The notes beneath the pieces were generated by a model. It made no database searches and was not told where the DNA came from. It was given only the letters and a program-made list of their open reading frames with translations. Below, one piece after another: positions 16,799 to 26,652 of a stretch of 64,000 nt of DNA (its first letter is position 1; every line of letters starts with the position of its first letter). The stretch covers positions 32,721-96,720 of the forward strand of contig JACRIU010000102.1 of the NCBI GenBank assembly GCA_016235775.1, in the 5' to 3' direction. The DNA is from Hydrogenophilales bacterium (GTDB lineage Bacteria; Pseudomonadota; Gammaproteobacteria; Burkholderiales; Thiobacteraceae). A program made the position numbers and the translations under genes.

Positions 16799-19003
16799 AT
16801 GACCGTTCGATTTTCACGCGCGCTAGCCGGCTTGTTTTTTTTAGGGCTCCTAACAAGCTGCGGCAAGACGCCGTGGAACGATCCCTACCCGGTTGCCGAG
16901 CGTGGCCAAAACATCCGGTATGCCGCCTTCAATGAGCGCCCCAAGCACCTCGATCCGGCGCGGTCCTACAGCTCCAACGAAGTCGAATTCATCGGTCAGA
17001 TTTACGAGCCGCCGCTGCAATATCACTATCTCAAGCGCCCGTATGAGCTGATTCCCGCCACCGCGACCGAGGTGCCGCGCCCCAAGTATTTCGATGCGGC
17101 GGGCAAGCGCTTGCCGGATGATGCGCCCGTGGCGCGCATCGCCACCAGCGTGTACGAGATTCATATTCAGCCCGGCATTCGCTATCAGCCGCATCCTGCC
17201 TTTGCGCGGAATGCGCAGGGGGGATATCGCTACCATGCGCTGAGTCCGGCTGAAATCGAGCGCATCACCACGCTCGGTGATTTCAAGGAGGCCGGCACGC
17301 GCGAGCTGGTGGCCGAGGATTACGTGTACCAGATCAAGCGTCTCGCGCACCCGCAACTGAATTCGCCGATTTTCGGCATGATGAGCGACTACATTGCCGG
17401 CCTCAAGGAATATGGCGCGCTGCTGGCCCAGGAGGCGAAGAAAAATGGCAAAGGCGCGTACCTGGATTTAAGCAGTATCCCGCTGGCCGGGGTGGAAGTG
17501 GTGGATCGCCACACCTATCGCGTCAAGCTCAAGGGAAAGTATCCGCAGTTCGTGTACTGGCTGGCGATGCCGTTTTTCGCGCCGGTGCCGTGGGAGGCCG
17601 AGCGCTTCTACGCTCAGCCCGGCATGAAGGAAAAGAACCTGGTGCTCGACTGGTTTCCGGTGGGCACCGGCCCCTACATGCTCACCGTGAACAATCCGAA
17701 CAAGCTGATGGTGCTGGCGCGCAACCCGAATTTCCATGGCGAACGCTATCCGGGCGAAGGGGAGGCGGGCGACCGCGCGCGCGGGCTGCTGGTGGATGCG
17801 GGCAAGACGCTGCCCTTCATCGACAAGGCGATCTTCAGTCTGGAGAAGGAAGACATTCCCTATTGGAACAAATTTCTCCAGGGCTTTTACGATAGCTCCG
17901 GCATCAGCTCGGATACCTTCGATCAGGCGATTCGCATCGGCGCCAGCGGCGAGGCCGGACTCACCGATGATTTGCGCACCAAGGACATTCGCCTCGAAAC
18001 CACGGTCATGGCCACCATCAGCTATATGGGTTTCAACATGCAAGACCCGGTAATCGGCGGCCTGTCCGAGCGCGCGCGCAAGCTACGCCAGGCGATATCG
18101 ATTGCCGTGGATTACGAAGAGCGCATTTCCATTTTCAGCAACGGCCGCGGCATCCCGGCGCAAGGCCCGCTGCCGCCCGGTATCTTTGGCTATACCGAGG
18201 GCGAGCGCGGCATCAATCCCTATGTGTACGATTGGGCGCAGAGCCAGGCGCAGCGCAAATCGGTCGAGGCGGCGAAACGCCTGCTGGCCGAGGCGGGCTA
18301 CCCCAATGGCCGAGATGCCAAGACCGGCCAACCGCTGGTGCTCAATTTCGACACCGCCGCCGTCGGCCCGGATCAAAAATCGCGCCTCGATTGGCTGGTG
18401 AAGCAGTTCAAAAAACTCGATCTCGATCTGGTGATTCGCGCCACTGACTACAACCGCTTTCAGGAGAAAATGCTCAAGGGCACGGCGCAGATTTTCGAGT
18501 GGGGATGGAATGCGGATTATCCAGACCCGGAGAATTTCTTGTTCCTGCTCTACGGCCCGAATAAAAAAGTCGGCGCCAACGGCGAGAACGCCGCCAACTA
18601 CGACAACCCCGAATTCAACCGCCTGTTCGAGCAAATGAAAAACATGGACAACGGCCCGATGCGAAGCCGCATTATCGACGACATGGTGGACATTGCCCGG
18701 CGTGACGCGCCCTGGGTGTGGGGTTACTACCCGAAATCGTATGGCTTGTATCACGCCTGGCTCACCAATGCCAAACCAAACCTGATGGCGAATAATGGAT
18801 TGAAGTATCTGCGCGTCGATCCGGCACTGCGCGAGCAGCAGCGTGCTGCGTGGAATTCGCCGCGCCTGTGGCCACTGGGCTTGCTGGCCTTGGCGCTGGT
18901 GGTGGTGCTGGTGCCGGCGTTTGTGAGTTACCGGCGCAAGTTGCATGCACCTGCTAAATTCCCCTCTCCCGCAAGCGGGAGAGGGGGTAGGGGAGAGGGC
19001 TAA
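16799..19003 (+). CDS. Family-5 (peptide/oligopeptide-type) ABC substrate-binding lipoprotein, YejA-like, long form
   Basis: 734 aa. Lipobox LLTSCG, SBP_bac_5-like body, and a predicted C-terminal TM helix (LWPLGLLALALVVVLVPAFVSY). The last ~15 aa are encoded by a hairpin repeat. Confidence 0.85.
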   Translation: MTVRFSRALAGLFFLGLLTSCGKTPWNDPYPVAERGQNIRYAAFNERPKHLDPARSYSSNEVEFIGQIYEPPLQYHYLKRPYELIPATATEVPRPKYFDAAGKRLPDDAPVARIATSVYEIHIQPGIRYQPHPAFARNAQGGYRYHALSPAEIERITTLGDFKEAGTRELVAEDYVYQIKRLAHPQLNSPIFGMMSDYIAGLKEYGALLAQEAKKNGKGAYLDLSSIPLAGVEVVDRHTYRVKLKGKYPQFVYWLAMPFFAPVPWEAERFYAQPGMKEKNLVLDWFPVGTGPYMLTVNNPNKLMVLARNPNFHGERYPGEGEAGDRARGLLVDAGKTLPFIDKAIFSLEKEDIPYWNKFLQGFYDSSGISSDTFDQAIRIGASGEAGLTDDLRTKDIRLETTVMATISYMGFNMQDPVIGGLSERARKLRQAISIAVDYEERISIFSNGRGIPAQGPLPPGIFGYTEGERGINPYVYDWAQSQAQRKSVEAAKRLLAEAGYPNGRDAKTGQPLVLNFDTAAVGPDQKSRLDWLVKQFKKLDLDLVIRATDYNRFQEKMLKGTAQIFEWGWNADYPDPENFLFLLYGPNKKVGANGENAANYDNPEFNRLFEQMKNMDNGPMRSRIIDDMVDIARRDAPWVWGYYPKSYGLYHAWLTNAKPNLMANNGLKYLRVDPALREQQRAAWNSPRLWPLGLLALALVVVLVPAFVSYRRKLHAPAKFPSPASGRGGRGEG

Positions 19004-19445
19004 TGCGCTTACTAGAAAACGCGAAAAACCTCCGCAGCAGCCAAACAGATGCCGAGCAACGCCTGTGGTATCACCTGCGCGCGCATCGTTTTATGGACAT
19101 GAAATTTAAGCGGCAAAAACCAATGGGTCGCTACATTGTGGACTTCGTGTGTGTGGAGCATCGGTTGATTATCGAACTCGACGGTGGCCAGCATGCGGAC
19201 GAAGTGTCTTACGACCAACAGCGGGATGCATGGTTGCGTAGCCAGGGTTATACAGTTCTACGTTTTTGGAACAATGATGTGATGCAGCAATTGGATGGGG
19301 TGTTGGAGCAGATACGGCTTGCCCTCTCCCCCACCCCTCTCCCACGAGTGGGAGAGGGGAGAACCCCGGTTACTCTACGTACCTGTTCAGGTGATGCCAA
19401 TTCTCTCCCCTCTCCCAGAGGGGCCGGGGGAGAGGGTGAACCCCA
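18961..19445. mobile_element. DUF559 gene cassette bounded by inverted GGGAGAGGGG-hairpin repeats
   Basis: Left end CCCCTCTCCCGCAAGCGGGAGAGGGGGTAGGGGAGAGGGC (18961-19000). Right end GCCCTCTCCCCCACCCCTCTCCCACGAGTGGGAGAGGGG (19321-19359) is its near reverse complement. A further copy lies at 19402-19445. Confidence 0.65.
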
Positions 19446-19449
19446 ATGA
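19003..19449 (+). CDS. DUF559 endonuclease-domain protein (Vsr-like fold family)
   Basis: AEQRLWYHLRAHRFMDMKFKRQKPMGRYIVDFVCVEHRLIIELDGGQH...VLRFWNNDV is the classic DUF559 pattern. Its start overlaps the SBP stop (TAATG) and its stop overlaps the permease start (ATGA). The C-terminal ~40 aa are repeat-encoded. Confidence 0.85.
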   Translation: MRLLENAKNLRSSQTDAEQRLWYHLRAHRFMDMKFKRQKPMGRYIVDFVCVEHRLIIELDGGQHADEVSYDQQRDAWLRSQGYTVLRFWNNDVMQQLDGVLEQIRLALSPTPLPRVGEGRTPVTLRTCSGDANSLPSPRGAGGEGEPQ

Positions 19450-20423
19450 TCGCCTACATCCTGCGCCGCATCCTCTACGCTATTCCGATTCTCATCGGCG
19501 TGAACGTGCTTATCTTTGCCTTGTTCTTCGCCGTCAATACGCCGGACGATATGGCGCGGCTGCAACTTGGAATGAAACATGTCACGCCCGAAGCGATCGC
19601 CAAGTGGAAGCAGGAGCACGGCTATGACAAACCGCTGTTCTTCAACGCGCAGGCGCAGGGTAGCGCCAAGTTCAGCGAAACCATTTTCGCGCAACGCTCG
19701 GCGCCGATGTTTGTCTTCCAGTTCGGCGCATCGGACGATGGCCGCAACATCGGTCAGGAAATAAAATCCCGCATGGGGCCGAGCCTGGCGCTGGCGATTC
19801 CGGTTTTTTTGGTGGGCTTGCTGGTGGAAATTACCTTCGCGCTGATCCTGGCTTTCTTCCGCGCCACTTATGTGGATGTCGTAGGTGTGGTGCTATGCGT
19901 GGCGATGATGTCGATCTCCGGCATGTTCTACATCATCGGCGGGCAGTTTCTCATCAGCAAGCTGTTTCACCTGGTGCCGATTTCCGGCTATCAGGCAGGC
20001 TTCGATAGTTTCAAGTTCCTGGTGCTGCCGGTGATTATCGGTGTGATCGGCGGCATCGGTGCTGGTACGCGCTGGTATCGCACGATTTTCCTGGAAGAAA
20101 TGAACAAGGACTATGTGCGCACCGCACGCGCCAAGGGTCTGGCGGAATCGGTGGTGCTGTTCCGCCATGTGTTGAAGAACGGCATGATCCCGATTCTCAC
20201 CGGCGCGGTGGTGGTGATCCCGACGCTGTTCATGGGCAGCCTGATTTCCGAATCCTTCTTCGGCATTCCCGGCCTGGGCAGCTATACGATCGATGCGATC
20301 CGCCAACAGGATTTCGCCATCGTGCATGCCATGGTGTTCCTGGGTTCGGTGCTCTACATCATCGGACTCTTGCTCACGGATATTTCCTACACCCTGGTTG
20401 ATCCGAGGATCAGGCTGTCATGA
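19446..20423 (+). CDS. ABC transporter permease (YejB/DppB-like)
   Basis: 325 aa, multi-TM. N-terminus MIAYILRRILYAIPILIGVNVLIF is typical of DppB/OppB-family permeases. Confidence 0.9.
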   Translation: MIAYILRRILYAIPILIGVNVLIFALFFAVNTPDDMARLQLGMKHVTPEAIAKWKQEHGYDKPLFFNAQAQGSAKFSETIFAQRSAPMFVFQFGASDDGRNIGQEIKSRMGPSLALAIPVFLVGLLVEITFALILAFFRATYVDVVGVVLCVAMMSISGMFYIIGGQFLISKLFHLVPISGYQAGFDSFKFLVLPVIIGVIGGIGAGTRWYRTIFLEEMNKDYVRTARAKGLAESVVLFRHVLKNGMIPILTGAVVVIPTLFMGSLISESFFGIPGLGSYTIDAIRQQDFAIVHAMVFLGSVLYIIGLLLTDISYTLVDPRIRLS

Positions 20424-21805
20424 TGCCGTTCGATCCCGTCTTCCTCTGGACTGACCGCCTGATTTTTTTGCTGCTGGCAGTGATCGCGATTTATGCCTGG
20501 CGCGCGGCGGGCAAAGAGCACCTCGCGGCGCCCTGGCGCAAACTCGCGCGCCGGCCGGGTGCGATGTCGGCGGCAGTCGTGCTCGCCGCCTTTGTGTCGA
20601 TCGGCGTGATGGATTCGATTCATTTCCGCCTGCCGCTGCCCGAGCAGAAGCCCGGCGTGGAACGCCAGTACGCGCCGCAGGTGTTGAGCCTGCTCGATTA
20701 CACCTTGCAAGATCTGCGCGACCGTAAAGAGAAGACCTATTCCGCACCGTTTGCGACACAGCTTTACGCCAAGGAAACCGTCGAGCAGGGTGGCAGTATC
20801 ACGCGCGTCTTTCCGCGCCTGAAATACGGCGGCGCGCATTTGGGCGCGGCGGTTGAGCAACGCAATGCGGATATTTTTCGGCGTGGCCTGCGCGGCAGCG
20901 GGCTGGCGCTGCTGGGGTGGGGTGTCTGCGTGGGCTTGGTCACTGTGCTGTTGGCGCGGCGCGGCCGCACCCTTGCCCAATTGATGCGCGGCCAAACCGA
21001 GTTGCCGTGGCGCGCCATATTGGCCACATTCGGTTTCGTGATTCTGGCTGTGGCGCTCGTCAGCCAATGGGCGCCGGTGTACCACATCTTCGGCACCGAC
21101 AAGGTCGGGCAGGACGTGTTTTTCCTTTCGCTCAAAAGCATTCGCACCGGTCTGGTGATCGGCACGCTCACCACCTTGGTCATGCTGCCGTTCGCATTGC
21201 TGCTCGGCATCATGGCCGGCTATTTCCGCGGCTGGATCGATGATGTGATCCAGTACATTTACACCACGCTCAACGCCATCCCCGGCGTGTTGCTGATCGC
21301 TGCGGCGGTGTTGGTATTGCAGGTGCATATGGATCGCCTGCCGGATTTGACCTTGGTGGAGCGCGCCGATTTGCGTCTGCTGTTCCTGTGCATGATTCTC
21401 GGCGTGACCAGTTGGACCGGGCTATGCCGCCTGCTGCGGGCGGAGACGCTGAAACTGCGTGAAATGGATTTCGTGCAGGCTGCGCAAGCTTTCGGTGTGA
21501 GCGAATGGCGCATCATGGGCCGCCACATCCTGCCCAACGTGCTGCACATCGTGCTGATTACCGTGACCCTGGAGTTCAGCGGCCTGGTGCTGGCGGAAGC
21601 GGTGCTGGCGTATGTCGGCGTCGGCGTCGATCCCACCATGCAAAGCTGGGGCAATATGATCAACGGTGCGCGCCTGGAATTGGCGCGCGAACCCATCGTC
21701 TGGTGGCTGCTGACCGCCGCCTTCGCCTTCATGTTCGTGCTGGTGCTGGCGGCGAATCTGTTCGCCGATGCGGTGCGCGATGCGTTTGATCCGAGGGTGA
21801 AATGA
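20420..21805 (+). CDS. ABC transporter permease (YejE/DppC-like) with long N-terminal extension
   Basis: 461 aa. The C-terminal half has the binding-protein-dependent transport signature (LRAETLKLREMDFVQAAQAFG). ATGA overlap with the previous gene. Confidence 0.88.
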   Translation: MMPFDPVFLWTDRLIFLLLAVIAIYAWRAAGKEHLAAPWRKLARRPGAMSAAVVLAAFVSIGVMDSIHFRLPLPEQKPGVERQYAPQVLSLLDYTLQDLRDRKEKTYSAPFATQLYAKETVEQGGSITRVFPRLKYGGAHLGAAVEQRNADIFRRGLRGSGLALLGWGVCVGLVTVLLARRGRTLAQLMRGQTELPWRAILATFGFVILAVALVSQWAPVYHIFGTDKVGQDVFFLSLKSIRTGLVIGTLTTLVMLPFALLLGIMAGYFRGWIDDVIQYIYTTLNAIPGVLLIAAAVLVLQVHMDRLPDLTLVERADLRLLFLCMILGVTSWTGLCRLLRAETLKLREMDFVQAAQAFGVSEWRIMGRHILPNVLHIVLITVTLEFSGLVLAEAVLAYVGVGVDPTMQSWGNMINGARLELAREPIVWWLLTAAFAFMFVLVLAANLFADAVRDAFDPRVK

Positions 21806-21853
21806 GCGTTTATTTACCGCCAAGATACCAAGAGCGCCAAGAAAAACTCTTTT

Positions 21854-21929
21854 TTGCCACAGAGATCACAGAGGCCACAGAGGAAATTCGGCACGGGTAC
21901 TCTGTGTTCTCTGTACCCTCTGTGGCGAA
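21854..21929. repeat. CACAGAG-periodic hairpin element (short copy)
   Basis: Arms TTGCCACAGAGATCACAGAGGCCACAGAGG / ACTCTGTGTTCTCTGTACCCTCTGTGGCGAA. Intercistronic, between the permease and ATPase genes. Confidence 0.85.
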
Positions 21930-21989
21930 TGCTTTTGATCTTCTTGGCGCTTTGGCGTCTTGGCGGCCAAACGGTTTTTTCAACACTCC

Positions 21990-23999
21990 ATGACCACGCC
22001 GCTTTTACAAATCGAGAATCTTCGCATCTGGTTCGAAGCCAGCGGCCAAACCGTGCGCGCCGTGGACGAGGTGAGCTTTGAAATCGCGCGCGGCGAGACG
22101 TTTGCGCTACTCGGCGAATCCGGCTGTGGCAAGTCGGTTACGGCATTATCTATTTTGCGCCTGCTCGCACCGGCGGCGCGCATTGCCGGTGGCCGCATCG
22201 TGTTCGACGGCCAGGATTTGCTGGCGCTGCCCGAGGTGGCGATGCGCAGCGTGCGCGGTTCGCGCATCGCGATGATTTTCCAGGAGCCGATGACCAGCCT
22301 CAACCCGGTGCTGAGCGTGGCGCAGCAAATCGGCGAGCCTTTGGCCTTGCATAAAAGCTTGCGTGGCGGTGCCTTGCAAAAGCGCATGCTGGAATTGCTC
22401 GACGCGGTGGGCATTCCCGATCCCGCGCGCGTGAGTCAGGCCTACCCGCATCAACTCTCCGGCGGCATGAAGCAACGGGTGATGATTGCCATCGCGCTCG
22501 CCTGTGAGCCGGAGCTGCTGATCGCCGACGAACCGACCACGGCGCTGGATGTCACGATTCAGGCGCAGGTGTTGGCCTTGCTGCGCGAATTGCAGCGCAA
22601 AACCGGCATGGCGATGCTGTTCATCACGCATGATCTGGGTGTGGTGTCGGAAATGGCGCATCGCGTCGGCGTGATGTACGCCGGCGAGATGGTCGAGACC
22701 GCGCCGCGCGATGCCTTCTTTGCCGCGCCGCGCCATCCGTATTCGCAAAAGCTGTTTGCCTCGCTGCCGCGTCTGGACAAGCGCGATACCCAACTGACCG
22801 TCATCAAGGGCAACGTGCCTCGGCTCGATCAGGTATTCACCGGCTGCCGTTTTGTCGAACGTTGCGATGCCGCGATCGACCAGTGCCGGGAAGCGGCGCC
22901 GCCGTGGGTGGCGTTGGGGGAGGGGGGCGCGCGTTGTCATTTGCTGGATCAGGAAGCAGGCGTCGGGCGTCAGGTGTCAGAGAAGCAGGATTCGGGATTC
23001 AGGATTCGGGATTCGGGGGGAGAGGCAACACCGCTGTTGCGGGTTGCGGATATCCGGGTGCATTTTCCGGTTCGTAAAGGTTTCTTACAGCGTGTGGTGG
23101 GTGCGGTGAAGGCGGTGGATGGGGTGTCGCTGGCGATTCCCGCCGGGCGCACGCTGGCGCTGGTAGGTGAATCCGGTTGCGGCAAAACCACGGTGGGCAA
23201 GGGTATTCTGCAACTCGCCCCGCTTACCGGCGGCAGCGTGCAATTCGAAGGGCAAGAACTCACCAGCCTTAATCGTGATCAATTGCGTAGCAAACGCGGC
23301 GCGTTCCAGATCATTTTCCAAGACCCCTTTTCCTCGCTCGACCCGCGCATGGTGATCGCGGAGATTCTGGAAGAGGGCATGCGCGCATTGCATGTGGGCG
23401 CAAATGCGCCGGAACGCGCGCAGCGCATCGATCGCATGTTGGAGGAAGTGGGGCTCGGCGCCGACACCAAATATCGCTACCCGCATGAGTTTTCCGGGGG
23501 GCAGCGCCAGCGCATTGCCATCGCGCGCGCCTTGGCGGTGAATCCTCGGCTCATCGTGTGCGACGAGCCGACCAGTGCGCTCGACGTGTCGGTGCAGGCG
23601 CAGATTCTTAACTTGCTGCGCGGCCTGCAACAAGCGCATCAGCTTTCTTACCTCTTCATCACGCACAACATCTCGGTGGTGGAATATCTCGCGCACGACG
23701 TGGCGGTGATGTATCTCGGCCGCATCGTCGAGCACGGCCCGGTGGAAACGGTATTGAGTGCACCGAAGCATCCCTACACTCAAGCGCTGCTGTCGGCTGT
23801 ACCTGTAATCGAAAAAGTCAGCGGGCGCGAAGTGATTCATCTGCAAGGTGAGTTGCCATCGCCCGCCAACCCGCCCAGCGGCTGTCATTTCCATCCGCGC
23901 TGCCCCCGCGCCATGCCGGTGTGCAGCGAGCGCTATCCGGATGAAACGGTGTTCGGCGAGCAGGTGGTACGCTGTTATTTGTACAGTCAAATAGCCTAA
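21990..23999 (+). CDS. Fused double ABC ATPase (YejF-like) of the peptide transporter
   Basis: Two Walker A boxes ([16 protein letters not shown]), two LSGG signatures ([16 protein letters not shown]), and oligopeptide-type C-terminal Cys motifs. Start chosen at [11 protein letters not shown]; the ORF track begins at 21960. Confidence 0.92.
   Translation: MTTPLLQIENLRIWFEASGQTVRAVDEVSFEIARGETFALLGESGCGKSVTALSILRLLAPAARIAGGRIVFDGQDLLALPEVAMRSVRGSRIAMIFQEPMTSLNPVLSVAQQIGEPLALHKSLRGGALQKRMLELLDAVGIPDPARVSQAYPHQLSGGMKQRVMIAIALACEPELLIADEPTTALDVTIQAQVLALLRELQRKTGMAMLFITHDLGVVSEMAHRVGVMYAGEMVETAPRDAFFAAPRHPYSQKLFASLPRLDKRDTQLTVIKGNVPRLDQVFTGCRFVERCDAAIDQCREAAPPWVALGEGGARCHLLDQEAGVGRQVSEKQDSGFRIRDSGGEATPLLRVADIRVHFPVRKGFLQRVVGAVKAVDGVSLAIPAGRTLALVGESGCGKTTVGKGILQLAPLTGGSVQFEGQELTSLNRDQLRSKRGAFQIIFQDPFSSLDPRMVIAEILEEGMRALHVGANAPERAQRIDRMLEEVGLGADTKYRYPHEFSGGQRQRIAIARALAVNPRLIVCDEPTSALDVSVQAQILNLLRGLQQAHQLSYLFITHNISVVEYLAHDVAVMYLGRIVEHGPVETVLSAPKHPYTQALLSAVPVIEKVSGREVIHLQGELPSPANPPSGCHFHPRCPRAMPVCSERYPDETVFGEQVVRCYLYSQIA
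22959..23019 (+). repeat. Heptamer tandem arrays embedded in the inter-domain linker of the ATPase CDS
   Basis: GGCGTCG GGCGTCA GGTGTCA (22959-22979), then GGATTCG GGATTCA GGATTCG GGATTCG (22988-23015). Translated in frame as [22 protein letters not shown]. Confidence 0.8.
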
Positions 24000-24006
24000 A
24001 AAATCC

Positions 24007-24066
24007 GGCCACAGAGGGCACAGAGATCTCAGGCCGTTGGGGAAGGGGCGAGGCATGCCTCGCCCA
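24007..24066. repeat. Half CACAGAG arm followed by a REP palindrome
   Basis: GGCCACAGAGGGCACAGAGATCTCAG, then GGGGCGAGGCATGCCTCGCCC (24046-24066). Confidence 0.75.
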
Positions 24067-24075
24067 CAGCAGAAG

Positions 24076-25803
24076 CTAGCCGTTTTTGGCCAGAACGATG
24101 GTGACTTTGTCGCCTGGTTGCAGGCGTTTTTTGGCGGAGAGCTTGTTCCAGCGCAAGAGGTCGTCGAGATCGACGGCGAAGCGCTGGGCGATGGAATAGA
24201 GCGTGTCGCCGCGGCGCACGGTGTAGAGTTTGTTCACCGGGGATTTATTGGCAGCGGCGCGCGGTGAAGCCTTGCCGGCTGCTTTAGAACTGACCACGGT
24301 ATCGCTCGGCGCGGCTTTTTCTACCGGGCCCACGTTCAATTTCTGGTTGAGCGCGAGGCGGTTGGATTTCAAATTGCTCCAGGCTTTGATCTGCTCGGCT
24401 TTCACGCCATGGCGCTTGGCGATGGAAAGCAGGGTGTCGCCCTTGCGCACGGAATAGACGCGGCCGTTCGCCAGCGGCAACGATTCGGTTTTGATTTCAG
24501 TGAAAGAGGCGGTTTCCAGTTTGGCGCCACTGGCGCCCGGCACCAACAACACTTGATTGCTCGTTAAGCGGCCACGCTTGAGGTTGATACCGTTCGCGTC
24601 TTTTAGGCGGGCGCTGGAGATGCCGTGTCGGCTGGCGATGGTATCCAATTTTTCGCCGCGCTTGGCGTGATAAGGTTGCCACGACACCAGTGGTTTGTCG
24701 TAGTTTTCCAGATTCGAGGCAAAGACTTCCGCTTTATCCACCGGCAGCAGCAAGGTGACCGGTTGCTTTGCCTGGATCACCGGGCGATTGTAATGCGGAT
24801 TGAGCGAGGTGAATTCATCCAGCGTGGTGTCGGATAGTTTGGCCGCGAGCGCCACGTCGATATGCTGGGTGAGGGTGATTTGCGCGAAATAGGGTTGGTT
24901 GGGCACGACGCCCAGATCGATGCCGAATTCGCCCGGCGCGGCGATCAGATTCTTGATTGCTAAGAGGCGCGGTACATATTGCCGCGTTTCATTCGGCATG
25001 CGCAGGCTGAGATAATCGGTCGGCTCGCCGCGTTTTATGTTTTTGGCGATGGCGCGCGACACCGAGCCTTCGCCCCAGTTGTAGGCGGCCAGCGCCAGCT
25101 CCCAACTGCCGAACATATTGTGCAATTTTTGCAGGTAATCGAGCGCGGCGCCGGTGGCGGCGATCACATCACGCCGATTATCTACCCACCAATTTTGACT
25201 CAAGCCGAAATGGCGGCCGGTGGAGGGGATGAATTGCCAAATGCCGGCAGCGTGGCTGCGCGAATAGGCTTTGGGGTTAAACGCGCTTTCGATCATCGGC
25301 AGCAGCGCGATCTCGGTCGGCATGCCGCGCTTTTCGACTTCTTCCACGATATAGAACATATAGCGTTTGCTGCGATCCAGCATGCGCGCCACATAGTCGG
25401 GCCGGTTGGCATACCAGTTTTCGTTTTCCTGCACCAAGGCCGAATCCAGCTCGGAGAGCGCGAAGCCGGCGCGGATGCGCGCCCACAAGTCGCGCTGCGG
25501 GTCACCCAGGTTTTCGGCCGCTTTTAACAGCGGGGTGGCGCTGGTGGGCGCCGGTTCGATGCTGATAATGGAGGGTTGATCCGGTGTAATTGTGGCGCTG
25601 GGCGTTTCAACCGGCGGATTGATCGAAGCGGCGGGAGCAGTTTCGGTGCGGACTTCTTCCGGTGCTTTGACGGCGAAAGTGACGGCGGAGGCGGGAATCA
25701 GCGCCGCTTCGCCTGCCAGGGCTGCGCCGCTGTAAATACCGGCGATCAGGATTGCGATCGTCAGCCGGGTGCGAGTTATCCGCATCGAATTATACTTTTT
25801 CAA
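24076..25803 (-). CDS. mltD: Membrane-bound lytic murein transglycosylase D with C-terminal LysM repeats
   Basis: SLT catalytic region (MIESAFNPKAYSRSHAAGIWQFIPSTG) and three LysM-like repeats (e.g. YSVRKGDTLLSIAKRHGV, YTVRRGDTLYSIAQRF). Confidence 0.9.
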   Translation of the reverse strand: MKKYNSMRITRTRLTIAILIAGIYSGAALAGEAALIPASAVTFAVKAPEEVRTETAPAASINPPVETPSATITPDQPSIISIEPAPTSATPLLKAAENLGDPQRDLWARIRAGFALSELDSALVQENENWYANRPDYVARMLDRSKRYMFYIVEEVEKRGMPTEIALLPMIESAFNPKAYSRSHAAGIWQFIPSTGRHFGLSQNWWVDNRRDVIAATGAALDYLQKLHNMFGSWELALAAYNWGEGSVSRAIAKNIKRGEPTDYLSLRMPNETRQYVPRLLAIKNLIAAPGEFGIDLGVVPNQPYFAQITLTQHIDVALAAKLSDTTLDEFTSLNPHYNRPVIQAKQPVTLLLPVDKAEVFASNLENYDKPLVSWQPYHAKRGEKLDTIASRHGISSARLKDANGINLKRGRLTSNQVLLVPGASGAKLETASFTEIKTESLPLANGRVYSVRKGDTLLSIAKRHGVKAEQIKAWSNLKSNRLALNQKLNVGPVEKAAPSDTVVSSKAAGKASPRAAANKSPVNKLYTVRRGDTLYSIAQRFAVDLDDLLRWNKLSAKKRLQPGDKVTIVLAKNG

Positions 25804-25867
25804 GTTGAAGTCGAGGCGATGTTAATGGCGTAACACCTTAATCGTCAAGGATTTATTTCCTGTAATG

Positions 25868-26641
25868 TCAGTCCTGGCCATCCTTCCAGGAACGGACTGT
25901 GCCGAACACTTGCGCCGGGCCGGACAAGGCGTGACCGGCATAGCGCTCGGCGGCTTGGATCACCGCCGGCTCCAGGCTGCGCATGAAGGGGTTGGTGCGT
26001 TTTTCCAAGCCCAGGGTAGAGGGCACGGTAGGCAGATGTTGAGCACGGGAGGCGCGGTCATGCGCTTCGCGCCGGATCAGATCGGCATTTTCCGGTTCGA
26101 CCTTTTTAGCGAAGCGGATATTGTCCAGCGTGTATTCATGCGCGCAGTACATCAGCGTGGTATCGGGCAAGTGGGCGAGCTTGGAGATCGACGCATACAT
26201 CATGGCAGGCGTACCTTCAAACAGTCTTCCACAGCCGCATGCGAATAGGGTATCCCCACAGAATAAGCGTTCTGCGCCATAATAGGCGACGTGTCCCGCC
26301 GTGTGGCCGGGCACGTCGATGACGCTGAATTCCAAGCCTAATTCCGGTATTTTCACTTGATCGCCCTCGGCGACGGGGTGGGTGCGGCCTGGGATGGTTT
26401 CATGCGCGGGGCCATAGACCGGCACGTCGAAATGTTGCAGCAGCTTTCGAATGCCGCCCACATGGTCGCCGTGATGGTGGGTGCAGAGAATGGCGCAAAG
26501 TTTTAGCTCATGCTGCGCCAAATAATCCAGCACCGGCGCTGCGTCACCGGGGTCCACGACAAGCGCCTTTCCGCCGCGAACCAGCAGCCATAGGTAGTTG
26601 TCTTCGAACGCGGGGATAGGGACGACTTGAAGGTTTTCCAT
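25868..26641 (-). CDS. gloB: Hydroxyacylglutathione hydrolase (glyoxalase II)
   Basis: Metallo-beta-lactamase motif THHHGDHVGG. The N-terminus MENLQVVPIPAFEDNYLWLL is typical of GloB. The ORF track extends to 26677. Confidence 0.9.
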   Translation of the reverse strand: MENLQVVPIPAFEDNYLWLLVRGGKALVVDPGDAAPVLDYLAQHELKLCAILCTHHHGDHVGGIRKLLQHFDVPVYGPAHETIPGRTHPVAEGDQVKIPELGLEFSVIDVPGHTAGHVAYYGAERLFCGDTLFACGCGRLFEGTPAMMYASISKLAHLPDTTLMYCAHEYTLDNIRFAKKVEPENADLIRREAHDRASRAQHLPTVPSTLGLEKRTNPFMRSLEPAVIQAAERYAGHALSGPAQVFGTVRSWKDGQD

Positions 26642-26652
26642 ACTGCGTATGG

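Noticed and set aside
21854-21929. The periodic CACAGAG arrays (also at 27879, 51635, 56741) as possible CRISPR arrays.
   Set aside because: The period is only 9 bp, with no spacers. The units form two inverted arms of a hairpin, and no cas genes are present.
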